DNA of 64,000 nt from NCBI GenBank assembly GCA_016180195.1, contig JACPBS010000004.1:103391-167390 (forward strand), read 5' to 3'. This document shows, piece by piece, positions 58,280 through 64,000 of this stretch. The stretch comes from Candidatus Woesearchaeota archaeon. Lineage in GTDB: Archaea > Nanobdellota > Nanobdellia > Woesearchaeales > UBA10216. A program made the position numbers and the translations under genes. Under the pieces are notes generated by a model that saw only the letters and a list, made by a program, of their open reading frames with translations, made no database searches and had not been told where the DNA came from. The number at the start of each line of letters is the position of its first letter. The stretch's first letter is position 1.

Positions 58280-59329
58280 CTAAAATAGGATAAGTTCCTT
58301 CGTGAATTTGTTGAGGGCTTCAAATCCTGCTTTTTTGACTAGTATGTCATCCTCAATCCTGATGCCCAGCTTTGATGGAAGATATATTCCGGGTTCTATT
58401 GTCACAACCATGTTTTCCTTAAGTATGCCTTTTGATCCCGGTGATATCCTGAATCCTGGGTCGTGGACCTGCACTCCGATATGGTGGCCAAGCCCGTGTA
58501 TGAAATTCTTCTCATGCATGCCCAGTGAGCGCCTTGCTGCAGAATCAATGAGTCCTGCTTCTGCTCCTTCCTTCACGTGTTTCAGGCTTTCTTCCATTGC
58601 CTTCCTTACTGCGTTATAGCACATAATATCCTGTTTTCCAGGCTTTCCAACAAAAAAGGTCCTTGTAATATCAGAGCAATACCCTTCATTTTCAATTCCG
58701 AAGTCCAGTATGCAGAATCCACCCAATTTCCCCTCGCAATAAGAATAGTGTGGAATCGAGGCATTTTGCCCTGAGGCGATTATGGGATCGAATGATAGCT
58801 TCTTGCCTTGTATTCTTGCTTCATGTTCAATGAAGTCCCTTAATTGGGACTCTGTTTTGAAGTCAAACTGGCAGGTTAGTTTTCTCAGTATCTTGTCTGA
58901 TATTTCGCACGCTTCCCTTATCCTTGAGATTTCCTCGTCTGTTTTAACCTGTCTTAGTTCTGTGAGGATTTCGTTGACGTCTTCGGTGCGCATGTTCGGC
59001 TTCAGAATGTTGATTAGCTCGAGTTCGGATATGGTCATCCGCGTTTTGTTGATTCCTATGCATTTTCCCGATATTGCTTCTTTTAGAATGTCGTTCTTTT
59101 CTTTGGCTGTCCTGTATTCCATGACTTTTTTGATCTTGGAGTACTTCAGGACTCTTTCCTTCTCCAGCTCATGGATGATGAAGAAAGGATCGGACTTTTC
59201 CCTGATGATAAGTGCACATTGTTCGAGTTTGATGCCTGAAAGATATTTGATGTTGGGGTCTTCGTTGGTTAGTATGCAGGAATCAATGTTTCGGGAGCCC
59301 AGGCGTTTCCTGAACTCTTGCATCTTCAT
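58280..59329 (-). CDS. Xaa-Pro peptidase (M24B)
   Basis: SIPH, DFG..GYCSDITRT, HGLGHHIG..VHD, TIEPGIY, GIRIEDD. Confidence 0.92.
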   Translation of the reverse strand: MKMQEFRKRLGSRNIDSCILTNEDPNIKYLSGIKLEQCALIIREKSDPFFIIHELEKERVLKYSKIKKVMEYRTAKEKNDILKEAISGKCIGINKTRMTISELELINILKPNMRTEDVNEILTELRQVKTDEEISRIREACEISDKILRKLTCQFDFKTESQLRDFIEHEARIQGKKLSFDPIIASGQNASIPHYSYCEGKLGGFCILDFGIENEGYCSDITRTFFVGKPGKQDIMCYNAVRKAMEESLKHVKEGAEAGLIDSAARRSLGMHEKNFIHGLGHHIGVQVHDPGFRISPGSKGILKENMVVTIEPGIYLPSKLGIRIEDDILVKKAGFEALNKFTKELILF

Positions 59330-60402
59330 CTGGTTACCTCGAAACTCCTGACCTGCTCAAGAAGCTTTCTTGCCCTTGCATCTTGAGCGAAATGTTTCCT
59401 TACAGGCTCTATTAGCATGTTGATGTGCGCTGATACCGCCTGCTTGAGGTCTGTGGGATGGATGCTTCCTTTTCTGTATTCTTCCTGCAGTGATTCGAAG
59501 GTTTCAAGCACTATATCCCCGCCATACTTCGCGGGTCTTTTGATCTCTAGTGAATCGAATTTTTCGAAAATGATGTATTTGCAATACTCCATTACAGGGT
59601 TGTCCTCGGTCTTCTTGTCAGGGCAGTATGCCTTGCTGATTTTTCTTGTTACTTCCTGTTCCGAATCAGTCATGAATATTGCGCTGTCAGGTTTGGATTT
59701 GGACATTTTCATCGCTATTGCCCGTTCAGTCGGGTCGGAAATCCCGCTTTTCGGCTCAGTAAGTCCCATCAGCATGTGGTGCGTGACCACGATAGGCTTC
59801 CAGAAGCCTATTTTGGGACCGATCTCTCTTGCCAGCATATTCACCTTGCGCTGGTCCATGCCTAGTTGGCATATGTCTGCTTTCAGGTTGAATATGTCCG
59901 CGCTTTGCATGCAAGAGTATACAACCATTGAAGACTGCTGCATTTCGGATTCCTTCCTGCCCATTATTTCGCCTGTCCTTATTATCCTTGCAATGCTTGC
60001 GTTCCTTGACACTTGGACGACTGTTTTCCAGTAATCTATTTTGCTGACAAGGTCTGAGCTTCTTACAAATTCGACCTTTTCCACATCCATTCCTGATGCT
60101 TTCCATACTTCTACAAAATAATCGCCGCAAACCTGTATATTTTCAAGGTTTCCACTGAGCTTGTTGTTGGCCCACGCATGCCAGTCTGCTGCGAGAAGCT
60201 TGAAGTGAATTCCTGCCTTGATCATCTTGTTTACATTAATGGCCCTCATTATGCCTTGGGCAATGTGCATCTGTCCTGAGGGTTCAAACCCATCATAGGC
60301 TATTGGCCTTTGCTTGGTCTCGATGAGTGTTCTTAGCTCTTCTTCGGTGATTATTTCCTCTCCTACCTGCCTGATCAGTTCAAGTCTTGATTCTGTATCC
60401 AT
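59326..60402 (-). CDS. tyrS: Tyrosyl-tRNA synthetase
   Basis: AYDGFEPSG.MHIAQ, ADWHA, GMDQRK, KMSKS; start moved to the ATG at 60402. Confidence 0.95.
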   Translation of the reverse strand: MDTESRLELIRQVGEEIITEEELRTLIETKQRPIAYDGFEPSGQMHIAQGIMRAINVNKMIKAGIHFKLLAADWHAWANNKLSGNLENIQVCGDYFVEVWKASGMDVEKVEFVRSSDLVSKIDYWKTVVQVSRNASIARIIRTGEIMGRKESEMQQSSMVVYSCMQSADIFNLKADICQLGMDQRKVNMLAREIGPKIGFWKPIVVTHHMLMGLTEPKSGISDPTERAIAMKMSKSKPDSAIFMTDSEQEVTRKISKAYCPDKKTEDNPVMEYCKYIIFEKFDSLEIKRPAKYGGDIVLETFESLQEEYRKGSIHPTDLKQAVSAHINMLIEPVRKHFAQDARARKLLEQVRSFEVTR

Positions 60403-60508
60403 GATCCGAAAAAAGATGTTTGGTTTAAAAATTTTTTTCGATATCGTGGCGCAGTGGACACTGGACATGTCCCCGGAAGTTTTTTAAATCACCTGGCAAA
60501 GCAGGCTT

Positions 60509-61294
60509 ATGATAATCAGTGTTACTGACCTTTCAGCCTACTTCTTTTGTCCTAGGGCACTTTACCTTCAGAAGGTCATGGGTTTTCGCCAGCCTCCAAC
60601 ACAGTCTATGGTTGTGGGGATGTTCAAGCATTCTGTGCTGGAGAAGGCAAATTTGGCTGAAAAGGATGCTGTTCTTTCGATCAGGAAAGATATGCGAAGG
60701 GAGGATTATGAGAGGGTTATTTTTGATTCATACATGCGTGTTTTGGAAAGGGAGATTGGGGTCAGGGAGTGTCTCTTTCAGGAATTCGGAACAAGTCCGG
60801 GATTGGTCAGGGAACAGATGGCGGCTTTGTTAAGGCTTGAGGCTGCTGCGAGGGCCGGTGATGTTTATGATTTTGCCTTGAATACGGGCTTGTTCGGGGA
60901 TTCGCTGTGGGAGAGCCTTGTTCCTAGGATTCTTATGGAGGTGAGGGTCAAGTCAGATGAGCTAATGTTGCGCGGGAGGATTGACAAGGCGGAACTCTTC
61001 AAGGACAGGTGCGTAGTTCATGAGATTAAGACAGGAAGGGTGCCTGCGGGAAGCATCTGGCCCTCTCATCGCGTTCAGGCTTCAGCGTATTGTATGCTAG
61101 CTGAAAAGCATTTCAACGTTAAGTCAGACGAATCAGTCCTTAATTATTCAGGGATCGAGAGGATCGTTAGGCTCAATCCTTTTAGTGTGCGTGAAGTTAT
61201 CGAGACCAGGGATCAGGTCATGGGCCTTTTTGAGTCTGATGAGGCTCCTGAATGCAAAAGGCCTAATTGCAGCTGCAGAAATCATGATTTGTGA
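60509..61294 (+). CDS. Stand-alone Cas4-like (PD-(D/E)xK, Fe-S) nuclease
   Basis: FFCPR, GRID, EIKTG, Q...Y, C-terminal C..NCSC. Confidence 0.82.
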   Translation: MIISVTDLSAYFFCPRALYLQKVMGFRQPPTQSMVVGMFKHSVLEKANLAEKDAVLSIRKDMRREDYERVIFDSYMRVLEREIGVRECLFQEFGTSPGLVREQMAALLRLEAAARAGDVYDFALNTGLFGDSLWESLVPRILMEVRVKSDELMLRGRIDKAELFKDRCVVHEIKTGRVPAGSIWPSHRVQASAYCMLAEKHFNVKSDESVLNYSGIERIVRLNPFSVREVIETRDQVMGLFESDEAPECKRPNCSCRNHDL

Positions 61295-62346
61295 AGCAAT
61301 ACTTTTCTTGTTGGGAATGATATCTCTATCTTTTCCTTCTTGAATTCCTTGACAGTCTCCTTTATGAAATCGTGTGTTATCTGGGCTTTATCGGCAAATC
61401 CTGTTGCCTTGAATGAGGCTGTGAAATTTATATTTGATTCTCCGAATGAAGTGAAGAAGACTTGGGGTTCGAATTCCTTTACCGCGCCTTCGGATGATTT
61501 CAATACCTTGGATGCTATGGATTTTGCAATTTTTTCAACCTTTTCAAGGTCGCTGTCATATGATACTGCGCATTGTAGCGAAAATGAGGTTTCCTTTATT
61601 GGCAGGTTATAGTTGACTATTCTGTTCTGGGCCAGTTTTGAGTTGGGTATTATGAGTATGTTTCCTGACCCTGTCTTTATTTTTGTGCTTCTCCATCCTA
61701 TGTCCTGCACAGTACCTTCTTCTGATGTCTCCAGCTTCACATAGTCGCCGGGCTTTACGGGCTTGTCTGCCATTATGTAGATTCCCGCAAAGAAATTAGA
61801 CAATGTTTCCTGTAGTGCGAGGGCGATTGCAAGGGATGCTACGCCCAGGCTGGCTACAAGCGCGGTAACTTTTATTCCGATCTGGTCGAGAATCAGTATG
61901 ATGCATAGGACATAGATGAATATTGACACGATTTTCCTGATTATCGGCATGAAGTGGTCCACTACATCGTTTTTTGTGGTGGCGGAAAGGTTTGTAGCAT
62001 ACCAGTTTATTAGCGTTGAAATCAGCCTGGAAAGGGTGAACGCGCCTACTGCAAGCATGGCAAGCACGAAAGTTTTCTGGAGTGTTTCTGAATATTTGAC
62101 AAGCATCTCCACTTGCAGCAGGGAGAAATACACGCCCACTACAATTGACACAACATATATGGGTTTTTTAAGGGCGTAAAGCAGCTCGTCATCAAGTGTG
62201 GTCTTAGTTGCCTTGGTAAGTCTGGAAATATAGGTTTCAAGTATGAAATAAAGCACCTTTGCTCCTAAAAGGGATAGTGTGAGCAGTGATATCGCTGTAA
62301 GAAGATCGTTTTCAAGCACAATATCAATGTAATCTTGGAGTGCCAT
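61282..62346 (-). CDS. Small-conductance mechanosensitive channel (MscS family)
   Basis: LGVASLAIALALQETLSNFFAG, GTVQDIGWRST, IPNS, ISFP. Confidence 0.93.
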   Translation of the reverse strand: MALQDYIDIVLENDLLTAISLLTLSLLGAKVLYFILETYISRLTKATKTTLDDELLYALKKPIYVVSIVVGVYFSLLQVEMLVKYSETLQKTFVLAMLAVGAFTLSRLISTLINWYATNLSATTKNDVVDHFMPIIRKIVSIFIYVLCIILILDQIGIKVTALVASLGVASLAIALALQETLSNFFAGIYIMADKPVKPGDYVKLETSEEGTVQDIGWRSTKIKTGSGNILIIPNSKLAQNRIVNYNLPIKETSFSLQCAVSYDSDLEKVEKIAKSIASKVLKSSEGAVKEFEPQVFFTSFGESNINFTASFKATGFADKAQITHDFIKETVKEFKKEKIEISFPTRKVLLHKS

Positions 62347-62476
62347 TTTGACAAAAATAAACATCGGATTTAAATATCTTTTTTCAGCCCATTCAAAACA
62401 TTTAAATATAACTGCATCTTAAGATTTTACTACGCATAAAAGAGAAAATTAAGTGCTAAAGTTTTTTTGAAAGGTT

Positions 62477-62746
62477 ATGACAATGGCAGAAGAAGAAAAG
62501 AAATTCTCAAGGCAGATCATAGGGAAGACTGTTGTTAGCAAGACAGGCAAGAGGTTTGGTGAAGTCGGGGATCTTATTTTCGAGGCAAAGACCGGGGAGC
62601 TTATCCACATGGTCCTTTCAAAGCCAACTCCTTACATTGAGAAGCTGAACCTGGAAAAGGACAAGGACGGCAGCATCCTTATCCCGTACAGTGCAGTTAT
62701 TGCCATTGGCGACTTCATGGTTATTGCCGAAGAGGATATTGTCTAA
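62477..62746 (+). CDS. Single PRC-barrel protein (CdpB-like)
   Basis: IIGKTVVSKTGKRFGEVGDL...IPYSAVIAIGDF. Confidence 0.85.
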   Translation: MTMAEEEKKFSRQIIGKTVVSKTGKRFGEVGDLIFEAKTGELIHMVLSKPTPYIEKLNLEKDKDGSILIPYSAVIAIGDFMVIAEEDIV

Positions 62747-62750
62747 TAAG

Positions 62751-63206
62751 ATGAAGGCTTATTCGCAGGCGCAGAAGAAAAATGCTGCAGATATTCTCAG
62801 AAGGATGGATTCTGCAAAAGAGGTCTTTAATCTTTTCCACAAGACAGTCATGTCAATGGATGATTTTAATCCCATAAATAACAAGGAAATGTACAACAAT
62901 ATGAAGGATAAGTGGTTCCTGGTGATTGTTCAGATATCTATGAGTTTGCCGAGTGATTTCCCGCGGGGCGGTTTGAGCGGTGACATTATGAAAGCTGCGA
63001 AGCTGATCGAAGGAAAATGGTGGGGTTCTGACAATGAATGGAAGGGTGGGGCAGCACGGATGTCTTTTTATAAGAACCTTTTCAATGGATTCAGGGGAGG
63101 GTTATCAGATATCGTGTTTGGGCGAAATAGAATAGCTGATTTGGCCCGGGATTTTAATGGCTTCTGTGAGTTGGTTTATGCTTCCTGCAGGGAAGTTTTG
63201 GGTTAG
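62751..63206 (+). CDS. Hypothetical protein
   Basis: 151 aa from the ATG at 62751, between the PRC-barrel gene and rfcS. Confidence 0.55.
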   Translation: MKAYSQAQKKNAADILRRMDSAKEVFNLFHKTVMSMDDFNPINNKEMYNNMKDKWFLVIVQISMSLPSDFPRGGLSGDIMKAAKLIEGKWWGSDNEWKGGAARMSFYKNLFNGFRGGLSDIVFGRNRIADLARDFNGFCELVYASCREVLG

Positions 63207-63245
63207 GTCAGAAAATTTTATATTTGGTTGCGGTTTATCCTTTTC

Positions 63246-64000
63246 ATGAACTCGATCTGGACTGAGAAGTACAGGCCTTCTGATTTCGATGAGGTTATGG
63301 GCCAGGATGAGATTATCAAGCGCATTAAGTCTTTTGTTGAAAAGGGCAATCTTCCCCATATCATGTTTTCAGGGCCTGCAGGTACTGGAAAGACAAGTCT
63401 TGCCATCATAATTGCGAAAAAGCTGTTCAGGGATGATTGGAGGCATAATTTCCTGGATCTTAATGCGAGTGATGAAAGGGGGATTGATATAATAAGGAAC
63501 AAGGTTAAGGATTTTGCCAGGACCAGGGCGATAGGCAATGTTCCTTTTAAGATAATATATCTTGATGAGTCTGATTCACTTACAAAGGATGCTCAGCACG
63601 CCCTGAGAAGGACAATGGAGAATTATGCTGCCACTTGCAGGTTTATTTTGAGCAATAATTATTCTAGCAAGATCATAGAGCCCATCCAGTCCAGATGTGC
63701 TGTTTTTCGCTTCAGGCCTCTGGATGAAAACAATCTTGGGAGGATAATTGAGCGGATAAGCCATGAGGAAGGGCTTGAAATTGACAGTGATGCGAGGAGT
63801 GCCCTGATAAGGGCTTGCGAAGGCGATGTCAGGAAGCTTGAAAACCTTATGCAGAGCTGCTCTGCAAGCTCCACAAGGCTTACAGAGGAGCTGGTTTATG
63901 GTGCGGCTTCTATGGCAGAACCAAAAGAAATAAAAGATGTGATTTCCCTGGCAATTGGAAACCGGTTCAGGGAAGCTAGGGATAAGCTGCTGGATATAAT
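63246..64000 (+). CDS. rfcS: Replication factor C small subunit (runs off the window)
   Basis: Missing from the ORF track. Manual translation: MNSIWTEKYRP..GPAGTGKT..LNASDERG..LDESD..ALRRTME..IQSRC. Confidence 0.95.
   Translation, partial: MNSIWTEKYRPSDFDEVMGQDEIIKRIKSFVEKGNLPHIMFSGPAGTGKTSLAIIIAKKLFRDDWRHNFLDLNASDERGIDIIRNKVKDFARTRAIGNVPFKIIYLDESDSLTKDAQHALRRTMENYAATCRFILSNNYSSKIIEPIQSRCAVFRFRPLDENNLGRIIERISHEEGLEIDSDARSALIRACEGDVRKLENLMQSCSASSTRLTEELVYGAASMAEPKEIKDVISLAIGNRFREARDKLLDI

Noticed and set aside
60400-62500. CRISPR array near the Cas4-like gene
   Set aside because: I saw no regularly spaced direct repeats here or elsewhere in the window.
63246-64000. Intein or intron in rfcS (a common intein host) and in fen, gatB, tyrS, rnz, mre11, pan
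   Set aside because: Translations run continuously through their conserved motifs with normal spacing. Very short in-frame inserts cannot be fully excluded by eye.

Overview
Archaeal chromosomal segment of a reduced, DPANN-type genome, most likely Woesearchaeota/Nanobdellota. The assignment is inferred from archaeal FEN1, Hjc, EndA, PAN, RFC, Rpp21/Rpp30 and TyrRS, plus split Dph2, a tandem Lrp and many KKAQ/KKSQ-type class III signal peptides. The window holds a MoxR/VWA operon, a ~23 kb block of pilin-like and giant Cys-rich surface proteins (one ending in a clan GH-A glycosidase domain), and housekeeping genes for DNA repair, tRNA processing and proteolysis. The most notable signal is RNA splicing beyond tRNAs. 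The RNase HII gene is interrupted inside its catalytic DEAGRGP motif by a 39-nt, stop-containing insert that folds into a bulge-helix-bulge (BHB) structure, and cutting at the standard BHB positions restores the motif exactly. The same window encodes the splicing endonuclease EndA and two tRNAs (initiator Met, Ser-GCT) with two introns each, three of the four at non-canonical sites. Other items: a candidate C/D-box sRNA, an unexplained structured RNA between rnz and endA, a three-copy dispersed hairpin repeat, an A10 tract splitting a surface protein, and an internally deleted tyrA-like remnant. All calls come from reading motifs by eye; no database search was run.
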